Shown here piece after piece: positions 25,001 to 38,926 of a DNA stretch of 64,000 bases. Made by a program: the position numbers and the translations under genes. This stretch comes from Octopus bimaculoides (taxonomy: Eukaryota), in the NCBI RefSeq assembly GCF_001194135.2, contig NC_068981.1, forward strand, positions 130,001,172 to 130,065,171, in the 5' to 3' direction. The first letter of the stretch is position 1. Every line of letters begins with the position of its first letter. The notes beneath the pieces were generated by a model that was given only the letters and a program-made list of their open reading frames with translations, had not been told where the DNA came from and ran no database searches.

Positions 25001-28000
25001 ATGTAATAGCACAAAAGGATCACAAAACAGATTCTTCAAGCTGAGCCAACTAGCAGGATGCCTAAGAGTAAACCAAAAATAAGATGGTTGGATATCTTTA
25101 GTCTCAGTTGGTTACACTTGGATATCCAAATGGAAAGTGCAATGATGACTGCTTCTGATAGGAGAAAGTGCCTCAAGACTCTACCCACGTCCACAACCCT
25201 CACAAGAATAGTGGACGGAGGAGATGGCTGGATGGCTGGAAACTAAACTTAAACATTGTTATGTCATTGATATAATCATATTTCAAAGAAAAGCTGTTCT
25301 CTATTCACACACATAAATATTTGTATATAAATATAATTTTATGCTTCAAATTGATGTTTTTTTCGTCTTTAGATACATCCCAAATATGATGTCAACAGTT
25401 GCTTACTGCAAGGACAAAGCGTTCTGTGGAATTTATTCCAAAGAAGGTGACAGCTTCTTAGCTGCAGGTCGAGGTAGGTACACATATTCTTTTATTCATT
25501 GAATGTTTTATTCACTTTTCCTCTCTCACTCACTCTCTCTCCTCCTAAACCTCCCTCCTTCCATCTCTCTCTCTCTCTGTTTTCAGCACGAGTGTATTAA
25601 TCTCTTTATGACTTGACTTCACATGGTTGTTGTAAATGAGTGTCACCATCATACACGTGGTGTCTTTAGTTTCCAATCTTCCATGCAAACATGTCTTGCC
25701 ATAAAGATATATTAAGATATATTACATTGCTTGGAAACAGGTGAGGATTGTCAATAGGAAAGGTATCTGACCATATAAATCTGCTTTAATGAATTCCATT
25801 TGATTCATGCAGGCAGGGAAAAGTGGACATTAAAATATTAAAATGATGATGATAGTATGCATATATATATGTATATGAGCGTGACTGTTGCCAGTACCGC
25901 CAGACTGGCCCTCGTGCTGGTGGCACGTAAAAGCACCAACTACACTCTCGGAGTGGTTGGCGTTAGGAAGGGCATCCAGCTGTAGAAACTCTGCCAGATC
26001 AGATTGGAGCCTGGTGCAGCCATCTGGTTCGCCAGTCCTCAGTCAAATCGTCCAACCCATGCTAGCATGGAAAGCAGACGTTAAACGGTGATGATGATGA
26101 TGATGATATATATATATATATATATATATAGTTCAAAAAAACAATAACAAAAAAACAAAAAAACAACAAAGTGAGGACGTGATATGGATAGTATTATTGG
26201 ACGCTCAGGAAAGGAAAGNNNNNNNNNNNNNNNNNNNNNNNNNNNNNNNNNNNNNNNNNNNNNNNNNNNNNNNNNNNNNNNNNNNNNNNNNNNNNNNNNN
26301 NNNNNNNNNNNNNNNNNNNNNNNNNNNNNNNNNNNNNNNNNNNNNNNNNNNNNNNNNNNNNNNNNNNNNNNNNNNNNNNNNNNNNNNNNNNNNNNNNNNN
26401 NNNNNNNNNNNNNNNNNNNNNNNNNNNNNNNNNNNNNNNNNNNNNNNNNNNNNNNNNNNNNNNNNNNNNNNNNNNNNNNNNNNNNNNNNNNNNNNNNNNN
26501 NNNNNNNNNNNNNNNNNNNNNNNNNNNNNNNNNNNNNNNNNNNNNNNNNNNNNNNNNNNNNNNNNNNNNNNNNNNNNNNNNNNNNNNNNNNNNNNNNNNN
26601 NNNNNNNNNNNNNNNNNNNNNNNNNNNNNNNNNNNNNNNNNNNNNNNNNNNNNNNNNNNNNNNNNNNNNNNNNNNNNNNNNNNNNNNNNNNNNNNNNNNN
26701 NNNNNNNNNNNNNNNNNNNNNNNNNNNNNNNNNNNNNNNNNNNNNNNNNNNNNNNNNNNNNNNNNNNNNNNNNNNNNNNNNNNNNNNNNNNNNNNNNNNN
26801 NNNNNNNNNNNNNNNNNNNNNNNNNNNNNNNNNNNNNNNNNNNNNNNNNNNNNNNNNNNNNNNNNNNNNNNNNNNNNNNNNNNNNNNNNNNNNNNNNNNN
26901 NNNNNNNNNNNNNNNNNNNNNNNNNNNNNNNNNNNNNNNNNNNNNNNNNNNNNNNNNNNNNNNNNNNNNNNNNNNNNNNNNNNNNNNNNNNNNNNNNNNN
27001 NNNNNNNNNNNNNNNNNNNNNNNNNNNNNNNNNNNNNNNNNNNNNNNNNNNNNNNNNNNNNNNNNNNNNNNNNNNNNNNNNNNNNNNNNNNNNNNNNNNN
27101 NNNNNNNNNNNNNNNNNNNNNNNNNNNNNNNNNNNNNNNNNNNNNNNNNNNNNNNNNNNNNNNATGTGTGTGTTTATGTGTGTGCGTGCGTATGTGTGCC
27201 AGGTATGTGTGTTATTTTGTGTGTGCACTCCTGTGTGTATGTGTGTGCATGTGTATGCGGCTGTGTATGTAGGCGTGCGCGTATATATGGGTGTGTGTGT
27301 GTGTGTGTATATGTGCGTTCGGCTATGTGTGTGTGAGGGTAAAAAAATAAAAATAAAAAAATAAAGAAAAGTGTTGCAGGGACGTAAAGTGGAGAGTCAT
27401 AAGGAAGAGAGGGCTGCGTTGAGTCCAAAGGGGAAAGAAGAATTAAGGTTGAAAATGTAGCGTTGCTCCAAGTGGAGTCGCGAGGCAGTGGACCCATGGT
27501 GCAGGGCAAAAGATAGAGATGTATACATATGAAAGGCTTCCATACAGTTTCTATGTACCAAATTTCTCTGTTTTGAATTTCATCACTGTTAAGCTGTTGT
27601 GGAAGACACTTACTTAAGGTATCTTACAGTGCAATATGATGTTGATCCATGTGATTGCAAACAACATGTTCATATTTATGCCCATGTATAAAATTCTCAG
27701 TGACTATCTGAAGTATCTTAATATCAATATTCAGGATTGAATTAATTTTTATGGTTTATTTTAGCAGCTCTTTATCGAGCTTTGTGTTTACTTCAGAAAA
27801 TTTTTATTAGTCTTTTAAAATCATTTGGAATCTTCCATTAAAAATTTAAGCTTTACTAAAAGCTTGATTATAAATTATTTCTCAAGCCTCTGACAGTTTG
27901 TTTATTTATCTTCAGATGTATATATACGGTTGTATGACACATCATGTGATGAATTCAGACATATTAAATCAATTCGAGCACAAGGATTTTTCTGGAGTAT

Positions 28001-31000
28001 TTTAGATGCTGCATTTAGGTAAGTTTTTATTTCTTGAAAATTTTCTTGCTATTAAGGAAATATAGTGAAGAAAACGAGCTTCTAATGATGTGAAAAGGGA
28101 AAGTTGAGAAACCTTTGTATATTTCAGGAACAAAGGTCCATTGTCAGAAGTGAATAGACAAAATGGAGTTTCTGCCTGTTTTGCTATCAAAATGACAGGA
28201 TCTACATAAACTCACATTTCTAAACTGTTCGCTTCTGATGAGGGGCCTTTGTGACAAAACACATAAAGGTTACTCAAGTTTCCCTTTTTGCATTGTTAGA
28301 AATCCTCTTTCTTCATTATTTGTTATTTTACTTCTGTATCACAATGTCTTAAGCAAACTACCATGCTTTTCTTTAACTCTTTAGCATTCAGATTACTCTG
28401 TCAAATATGATGCCTGTCTATTCATGTTGTTTTGAATTTATCCTGCATTATCTTGTAGTTTTGAGATTTTGATTACGTGATTATTTATTTTAAGATTAAC
28501 ATTGTAGGGTAGGTGTGAGAGGCTGGATCTGGCCAGTTTGAACTTAAGACAGGTAAAATATTTTGGCTGGTTATGGCCAGTTTAAATGCTAAAGGGTTAA
28601 GGAAAAATAATTCTTAAATCTGTGATTGTCAGTTATTAATATACTAATTATTAAATGTGAAAACAACATTCTGTAGTTTCTAGATAACATGTTCTTGATA
28701 GCTGATGCCATTCTATTTATCTTGTTGAATCAATTTTAGACTTTCTTCACAACTTTAAAATAATTTTTATGGACTGGTTTATGGAGGACGGATCTTGTAG
28801 TAATTTAGAACTTGACATATTTTGTTTGTTTGTAAATTAAATGCAGCGGCATGCATACATAGGCTTCTTATAGCTTCTCTTTACTAAATCCACTCACAAG
28901 GCTTCAGTTGGTCCTGGACTATAATAGAAGACACATGCTCAAGATTCCATACAGTAGGACTGAACCCAAGATCATATGTCTATTGATAAGAAGTTTTAAA
29001 AAAACTGTTTTGCATGTTTTATTCGCTTGTTACTTACTTTCCCCCATTCTGAAATAATCCATGCCTCACTGGTTGAGTGTGTGTCCTGCCTTGAGAAATA
29101 CTGATCCAGCAGAAGACCTGTATGAATTTATTGATTGTAAACTAGCTTTAATTTGCTAACTTATTCATCATATTCATTCTACTCTTTCTGTTACTCCCAG
29201 TTGATGCTTATCTAACCAACTTCTTATCACACACTTACTCAGAACTGCATTATTTTCAATCCCTTCTACTATTTCTCCATTTATTAACTTGAAAGAGCAG
29301 TACACATTAATCTGCCTTTGTTAACCCTAACTTTCAGTCCAGGAAGGCTTGAAAAATCTACAAAAAGACTAACTAATAATAATAAAATTGTGAATGCTTG
29401 TATAGTATGTAATGTAACAGTATTTGGGGCTTAGAATATACAGTATTATATTTTGAATGTATTTGGTACCCAGAGTGTTGTGGTATGTCTGCAGACAATT
29501 CATGGTCTTTGAAATAACATACTCATTGATGTAATAGATTCCTCTTGTACAGCAGAGTTTATTCTAAAGAACACTTATAGAGTCCTGGTTTAAAGACTAA
29601 TGCTGAAGCTCAGATATTTCATAAAAATACATAAAACCAAAGACACAATTCTGAAGTCATCAACAAATGGTCTTATGTTTAAGTTGCTTTAAAGGAAATG
29701 ATTGTAAAAAAATCTATAAAACAAAATATTTTTTCCCAACAGGTTCCATATAAAAAAGAATTAGTTACTAAGAGAGATTTCCAAGCAATCATTTTATAAA
29801 TATACCTGGTAAATATTGAAAGAACATTAAATTTTATGTAATATTCCATGATTTGCTTATAGTAACTGTAAAAGGAACAGTTCCTTTTTCTGAAGGAAAT
29901 TATTTATCATTATAAATACTTAATGTTTTCAAAGCTTTCAATGACTTATGATAAAACAACATCAACATATACTTTTGTATTTTAATTGCTTGTATTTTTA
30001 TAAATGTATAATTTGGAAGAATTTAACTTAAATCTTTTATAATATTTCTTTTATATTTTCTTAATTTTTGTTTAGTCCTGATGGAAATTATGTGATATAT
30101 TCCAGTTGGTCTGATTGCAGTAAGTCTTACATCTTTTATTATTCAAGAACCGTCAAAGCAGTGAAAAAGATAGAATTGTTAGCATGCCAGGTGAAATGTT
30201 TAGCGACATTTCATCCGTCTTTATGTTCTGTGTTCAAATTCTGCTGGGGTCAACTTTGTCTTTCATCCTTTTGGGGTTGATGAAATAAGTACCAGTGGAG
30301 CACTGGGGTCGATGTAATCAACAAGCCTCCTTCCCCTAAACTTTAGGCCTTGTGCCTATTGTAGAAAGGATTATTCAAGAGCCGTCTAATTCTATTCTGA
30401 AAAAATGGAAATCGATTACATACTAGCAATAATGATGATAGTAATTTCTTGCACAAACTGTTTCTTCATTAATGAACAAATGTGAAAGATTATATCATCT
30501 ATAGTGTCAGCCTACCATTCTTTACTTCTCTATCTCTCAGAACATTGATAAAATATTTCATAATTTTTACATACTCTTATCATAACAATGACTTTTGTAA
30601 GTGTGAATATTTGCATATGAATTATAGTATTGTTTGATCATCATCATCATCGTTTAAAGACCGCCTTCCATGCTGGCATGGGTGGGATGGTTTGACAAGA
30701 GTTGGCCAAGCAGAAACCTTCATTTAACTGTTTTGGCAGGAGTGTTACAGCTGGATACCCTTCCTAACACCAACCACTCAGCAGGGTGGACTTAGTGGGG
30801 TCTTTTATGTGGCACAAGCACAGACGAGGTCAGTTTTAGTGAGGTTTTTACAGTTAGATGCCCTTCCAAATGCCAAGAACTTTACAGTGTGGACTGGGTG
30901 TTTTAAGTGGCTCCTGCACTGACAGGGTCACCAAAAACTTGCAAGACAAAAAGAAAAAAACTCTTTTGAGAGGGGAGGTGGCATTAGAGGAGGTAATCTT

Positions 31001-31084
31001 GTGTTGGATGATGAAAGGTTATATTGAGGCAGAGAGACAGAAACAGGTGTCTTGCTGTAGAGGCGGTACAAGGTTACCCCTGTC

Positions 31085-31118
<34 letters not shown>

Positions 31119-34100
31119 AGGAACGAAGACTGAAACAAGTGCGCTGCTGTAAAGAAAATACATGGTTACCCAACCTGAAGGAAGTGCAGGAGAGGGAGAG
31201 AGAAAGTGGGAGATAGCAGGATAGAGATGGTGGCAAAGTACTGGGCATACCCAATGATACATAGAGACAGGGCGTGGGTGGAACACACAGGTCAGAAGCT
31301 AGCAGAGAGCAGTGATACAGTGGCGCTAGGCCAAGAGGACAGGATTGGGGAGTGGGAGGTAAGCTTAGTTCATGAAGTGGAAATGTGAGGAAGAGAAGAC
31401 ATGTAAAGATGTAGTTTGGTTTGTTGTGATAGAGTGTGTGAGAAATTTTCTTAAGTGTGGGTGGGACACAGCGCTTCTAGAACTCCCTTTTGCTGACAGG
31501 GTCCATTGTCATTTCCTCTGTGAGGCCCAGCATCCTCAGATCGGTCCTTACCACTTCATCCCACATCTTCCTGGATTGCCCTCTTCCGCGGGTACCCATC
31601 TACTTTCAGTGATTGGCACTTCTTTATACAGCTGTCCTCAATTGTATACCTCAATTATTTTGGAGTGTTATCTGCTGTCAGGCAGACAGACAAACTGTTT
31701 CAAAACACAATGGTTGTAGCTAATCTTTTAACCCTTAGTTATGTGCATAAAAAGAAAGCTGCCAGTTGTATGTGATATCTTATGATTATCATTATGTAAG
31801 TCAAGAATTCATAATTTCTCAAGACTAAAAACATTGTTTAATTTTGTAACTTTAAGATATTGTTCATTGCTGGGATTACTCCCATATTTAAATCAGTATC
31901 TGGGAAAAAGACTTAGGAAATTTGAAAAAATACAAACCAAAGCTATTTATCTAAATGAAAGTTATTATATGCATTTTCTGATAGAAATATTGTACCTGAT
32001 TATGGGCAACTTCCAGAATGAAAATGTTCTATTTACAGAAGTTATGTAATATTAAAATGCTTCAGTTTCAAAATCTGCATATTTTATTTTACAATATTAA
32101 TACAACACCTACAACTATACATTATTGTATCAAGACATTTCTTCTTAACTTAAACTAGGAAATAAAAAGTAGATTTGAACAATAGACAGAATTTGTAGAG
32201 CAGAAGATATATTTGAATGTAATAACCCTAGTATGTTACTGATACTCATTTTATCTATCTTGAAAGTATGAAAGTTAATGTTTACTCAAATGAGACTTGA
32301 ACTCTGAAGGCAAAAAGAAAAATATGTTTTTAACTGTAATGTATTTAGTTCAACACTTCTGTTTGTGCTATCTTTATTGTATTGAAAATAGCTACTCAAA
32401 ATATTATTTTGAAAGTATTGTTTTATGTATATTTCAAAATATATGAAACTAAATGCTTATTTGATATAGTCACAAGTATTATTTTTTTTTTCATTTTGTT
32501 TATTTAATGTCCTCTTATGCATATATTTCAGTTCATTTGTGTAATATTCGAGGTGACCGTGATATCCACGAAGCCCTACCATTGTTTCCTGGTAGAAGTA
32601 CTTTCTGCATTTTTTCACTGACATTCTCTTCTGACAACAAGGAAATTCTTGGAGGGTAAGCTTGAAGTTTCTTCTTCCATTCATCATCATCATCATCATC
32701 ATCATCATATTGCTTTAATGTCCGTTTTCCATGCTGGTATGGGTTGGATGGTTTGACCAAAGCTGGCAAGCTGCACCAAGTCCCAGTCAGATTTGGCTTG
32801 GTTTCTACAGCTGGATGCCCTTCCTAATGCCTACCACTTTACAGTGTGTGCTGGGTGCTTTTAACGTGCCACCAGCATGAGTGCTTTTACATGGCACCAG
32901 CACAAGTGTTTTTTATGTGACACTGGTACAGGACTCTTGCAGGCTAATCCTCTTCACCAGGGAATGTGGCCTTAACACTTCTGCTCTGGAAGACAGGTCT
33001 TCTTGAGTACAGCAAGGCACTAGGTATCTCGGTCCTTTGTCAGCTTCTGAAATTCACTGTAATTTTAACTTTGGTCTCCTTTCTTACATCTTGAACCATG
33101 TGAAACATATTACTCTATGATAGACATCTCATTTGAAAATATATCATATGCTATCATTCTTACTTTACTTCAATAATTAACCTGAACTAGTTTTTTTTTT
33201 CTGTCATTCAACTCGATACTGATGCAACTAAGTTATCTTTTAATTAAATCTTTAAATATAGGCTCACTTATTCAATGTTCTAAATCCTGTGATAACATAC
33301 TTAATTTAGAGTATTGCTATGACTAGAAAGTGACTTGAACAATAAAGTTCTATTGAAATTTAATATGATCTCAGGAGGATAGTTTATTCCAGATATTCCT
33401 ATTGAACCATTACCTATATTTTATGAACAGCCTCTGACACCAAAATTTTAATAAGATGTTTTAAATGAATCAAAAATTGCTTTGTAGAGAAAATACATTC
33501 ATATAAAATGTAAAAAAAATTAAAAAAATAAAATTTTTAAAAAAATTAAAAAAAACATAAATACATTTACCATATATACTGGTTTATAAGATGTGACAAG
33601 AAATTGGCATGCATTGAATGTGGCTGTATTAAGGCTGGAATACCGAGTGTATAACTGTATGATGAAACATTAACTTTGTTTTCTCCACAAAATATTCTTG
33701 TCAGTGGGGGGGTGGGGTCTTATATGCTAGCAGATACATTATTTTGAAATAGCAGACACCATTTATTTAATTTTTTTGCATAAAGTAAATTTTTATTAAA
33801 TTTTTATTAAAAGACCCCTTTTCTTGCAGAATCTCAGAATTTTGCTACAGAACCTACTTAAAGAAGCACTGATCTGATATATCAGGGCAAATTTCATTAA
33901 ATATCCTATTCTTGTACTAGCAAAACATTCCCTGTAATTATGAAAAGAATCCCCAAAATTTGAAGTAGAACTTTTCACAGCCAGGTGGCCATCCTTAATA
34001 CCAGTGTTTCATATTTGTGAGTGTCCCTGATTTGTTGCCAAGAACATTTCTCACTGAAGCATGTAGTTTATTATACTGATGTCATCATTTGTCCCTTTGC

Positions 34101-37100
34101 TAGTATGAATACAATTTGCATTCAAACTCACTGAAACTATTTTTAAGGTGTCAGATTTAAAGAAGCCTTTATCTTACATATATTTCTATTATTTTTCTAC
34201 CATTTTAACTTAATACTTTGCCATTTTTAAAAGTAAGCTTTCACTATTTTCCAGTGCAAACTGTGGTAATTTTTATGTCTATGATTTAGAGAGAAATCAG
34301 AAGATATTAACAGTAAGTCATTTTGCAAGACTTTACTTCTTCTCTTCCAGTCACTGAGTACAAATGAAAAAGAATCATATGTGCGTGTGTGCATGTGCTT
34401 GTGTGTTTGTGTGTGTGTGTGTGTATGTGTGAAGGTCTGTATATACCTATCTACCCATTTCCCATGGACAAACAAAAGAAAGAAGCACACAACACATTTG
34501 GAAGGAGTGCATATATTAGTAGTCAATAACAATTTGATTTGACTCCATGCAACTTTAAGTATTGTAGGCTCATCACAGAACCTAGCACCTTAGGCCTCAG
34601 GAGCTAGTTTCATGTGATGAACCTACAAAAGTTACATGGAGCCAATTCAAACTATTATTAAATACTAATATATATATGCGCGCACACACACATACACACA
34701 CACATGTGATGGGCTTCTTTCATTTAGTATCTACCAAATCCACTCACAATTATTTGGTTGGCCTGGCACTATAGTAGAAGACGCTTGCACAAGGTGCCAC
34801 ACAGTGGGGCTGAACCTGAAATCATTTGCTTCTTAACAACACAGCCATGCCTTCTTAACCATATAGCCATAACTGCACCCATTTATATTATATATCAGGC
34901 TGAGTAAAAAGTAATCAACGTTTTGAAACATGAAATTCATCACAATATATTTCAACCATGCAGAAATTTTATTCATCAAAGTGAGCACCATTACAATCAA
35001 CACATTTTTGCCAATGAGTTACAAGTTTGTTTATTCCAGTAACATAAAAATCTGGAGTTCTAGAGCTGATGAACTCTTTGAACACACTTTCAGCATCAAT
35101 TTGATTTTTGAACTCCTTCTCTCGCAGGAAACCATCAAGGTGCTTGAAAAGGTGGTAGTCATTACGAGAAAGATCTGGGGAATAAGCTGGGTGGTGAAGA
35201 ACTTCGTGGCCAAGTTCCCTCAACTTCTGGAGTGTCATTAGGGAAACGTGTGGTTGAGCATTGTCATAAAGAATGATTGGCCCTCTTCTGTTGACCAGTC
35301 TGGGATGGAGGAGTAGCAGTTTTTTGTTCATTTTGGCAATTTCACAGCAATATGTTTCTGCAGTAATGGTTTTTCTGGGTTTTAAGAAGTTATTGTGGAT
35401 GAGTCCAGCAGTACACCACCAAACAGTTACCATAACCTTTTTGAAGAGCTCAGGTTTAGGGAAGGATTTTGGTGTTTCATTTTGATCCAGCCACTATGGA
35501 GAGCATTTTTATTATTATACAGAATCCACTTTTCATTGCAAGCTGCAATACGGTCGAGAAATGGATCAGTCTGATTATGGAGAAGAAGCAATGAGCACAT
35601 CCCATATCTGTGCATCTTCTGATTTTCTTTCAAATTGTGTGGTACCCATTTGTCATGCTTTTTTGATTTTCTGATCGCATGCAAATGGTTGCAGGTACTT
35701 TTCTGGCTAACTTGAAGTTCTTTTGCCTGTTCTTGGGTGGTTTTACGTGGATCTTTCTCAATGACAGTCTTTAATTGATCATCATTGATGACGATCTTTA
35801 AGGCTCAGTTCTCCACTACAAAATCGTTTAAGCCATTTTTGAGCTGACCACTCACTGGTCATTTCCTCACCAAATGTTTCACTGATATTGCGAGCAGTTT
35901 CAGCTGCTTTACATCCTTTTTTGAAGTTGAATAGCAAAATTGCTCAGATATCTTACTTTGACAGTTCCATTTTAGGTGATTGTAACAACAGTGGAAAAAA
36001 TATCAGTGTTAATTTATTGATGCATCTGTATTAGACAATTGCAAAAAGTTGTTTAAAAAAATTTCAAACCTCTACAAAAATCCGGTACAAATTCTTCATG
36101 GTTCAAAATGTTGCTTGCTTTTTACTCAACCTCATCATCATTATCATTGTTTAACGTCCGCTTTCCATGCTGGCATGGGTTGGGCGGTTTGACTGAGAGC
36201 TAGCAAGCCAGAAGGCTGCACAGGGTTCCAATCCGATATGGCAATGTTTCTACAGTTAGATGCCCTTTCTAACGCCAACCACTCTGAGAGTGTAGTGGGT
36301 GCTTTTTACATGCCACTGGCACGAGGGTTAGTTAGGTGGTACTGGCATCAGCCATGCTTGATGGTGCTTTTTACATACCACTGGCTCGGGAGCCGGTCAG
36401 GCGGCACTGGCAGTGATCATTCTTGAATGATGCTTTCTACATGCCACTGGCACAGGACCAGTCAGGTGGCACTGGTACCGACCACGCTCAAATGATGCTT
36501 TTTACATGCCACCGGCACAGGTGCCAATCAGGCGGTACTGTCATCAGCCACAACAACGACTTCACTTGCCTCAAAAGGTTTTCACAAATGCAATTTATTG
36601 CCCAATGATTGAAGGATACTCTTAAATGGGCTGGTTATGCTGCACTGGCATACGCCACGTTTACGGTCTCACTTGGCTTGCCAGGTCTTCTCAAGCACAG
36701 CATACCTCCAAAGGTCTCAGTCACTTGTCTTCACCTTGGTGAGGCCCAACGTTTAGAAGTTGTGCTTCACCATCTCATTCCAGGTCTTCCTGGGTCTACC
36801 TCTTCCACATGTTCCCTCTACTGCTAGGGTGTGACACTTTTGCACACAGCTGTCCTTATCCATACGCAGCACATGACCACCAGCACAGTTGTCTCTCTTG
36901 TACACCACATCTGATGCTTCTTATGTCCAATTTTTCTCTCAGGGCGCTTATACTCTGTTGTGTATGCACACTGACATTACACATCCAGCAGAGCATACTA
37001 GCTTCATTCCTTGCAAGCTTATGCATGTCCTCAGCAGTCACAGCCCATGTTTCACTGTCATATAGAATGACTGTTTGCACATGCATCATACAGTCTACCT

Positions 37101-38894
37101 ATTATTTTGAGCGAGAGGTCCTTTGTCACCAGCAGAGGTAGGAGCTCTCTCAACTTTGCCCAGGCTATTCTTATTTTAGCAGTTACACTCTCAGAGCAAC
37201 CACCCCGCTACTGATTTAGTCACTTGTAGTTTTTGGCCCAAGGAATGTGATGGAAGCTGTTTTCTGCACATTTTCAGTGTTTATTGCCCCTGAGCATTTA
37301 CCACACACAAAAACTATCTTCCCAGTTAGCCTTCCTATTATGTGTCCATAGCTTACACCATCTTATGGAGTTTCTACCTACACCTTTACTACAGATCGAG
37401 CAGGGCCATCTGCCTGAAGGGGTTTGTGTCTTGTCTACCTTCCTACTTATTAGGACTTTGGTTTTAGCTAGGTTGACTCTAAGGCCCTTCGATTCTAGTC
37501 CTTGCTTCCACACCTGAAACTTCTCCTCTAGTTCTNNNNNNNNNNGGGCATCCCGTCTTGAATTCCTGTGTTATTGCTTGGAGGACTATGATAAATAGGA
37601 GGGGGCTGAGGACTGAACCTTGGTGGACCCCTACCTTTACCGGAATTCTTCACTGTACTCGTTGCCAACCTTCACCTTACTGACAGCATCTCTGTACATA
37701 GCTTGCACAGCTCTCACTAACCATTCATCTATCCCTAGTTTCCTCATTGACCACCAGATAAGGGATCATGAGATCCTGTCAAAGGCTTTCTCCATGTCAA
37801 CGAAAGCCAGGAACAGAGGTTTATCTTTGGCTAGGTATTTCTCTTGCAGCTGTCTTACCAGAAATATAGCATCAGTGGTGTTTTTCCCTGGAACAAACCC
37901 AAACTGCATCTCGTCTAGATTAACTCCCTCCCTAATTAGTTGGACTATGACCCTCCATGATTTTCATTACCTGATCCAAAAACTTGATACCTCTGTAATT
38001 ATTTGTATCCAATGCATCACCTTTACTTTTGTAGCAGTTGACTATGGTGCTGCTGGACCAGTCATTGGGTATGACTCCTTCGTGTATCACCTGATTGACT
38101 ATACAGGTAACTAGACTATAGCTGACACCACCAGATATTTTAAGCATCTCTGTGGTTATTCCTGATGGGCCGGAGGCTTTCCCTGTCTTCATATCCTTAA
38201 TTGCTTTATCTACCAAGGTATTGTTAATTTGGACAGTTGGTCCCTCCGTTGGGTCGACATTTGGCAGACCCTCTTTCTCCCATTCATTCTCTTCATTTAG
38301 CAACCTTTCACAGCGGTGTCTCCAAGTCTCTCTCCTTGCAGCCTTGTTAAATGCAAGTGAGCTATCATCCATGTGGACACATTTCAAGTCTTTGGTCCTC
38401 ATAATGCAGAACATTGGCAATTTTTTTATCTCCTTCCTCTTTGGCTAAGTAAACCTGTCTCCTAGCTTCCCTTCTGGCAATCTGATACAATTCCCTGCTA
38501 CCATCGTTCTTCCTGTTCTTCCATGCTTGTTTCTTTTCCCTAATGGCCCTGACAACTACATTGTTCTACCACCACATTACCATGGGTCAAGAGTGGACTT
38601 TGCACCATCCACAGATCTGGTTAGTAGCCTTCAACAGGCTGTGCAGAGGGACTGAACCCAAGAGCACATGGTGGGGAACCAAGCTTCTCAACCATACAGT
38701 CATGTCACCACCTATATATATNNNNNNNNNNNNNNNNNNNNNNNNNNNNNNNNNNNNNNNNNNNNNNNNNNNNNNNNNNNNNNNNNNNNNNNNNNNNNNN
38801 NNNNNNNNNNNNNNNNNNNNNNNNNNNNNNNNNNNNNTATATATATAGTTTTAGGGAAAATTTTGGATTTTGTCCCTAATATTATTATTATTAT

Positions 38895-38926
<32 letters not shown>

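Noticed and set aside
33796-34060. Coding-like minus-strand stretch in intron 9
   Set aside because: Stops in all extended frames and no family recognised.
36300-36560. CRISPR-like repeat-spacer array
   Set aside because: Eukaryotic context; the units are degenerate over their whole length, belong to a LINE tail, and there are no cas genes.
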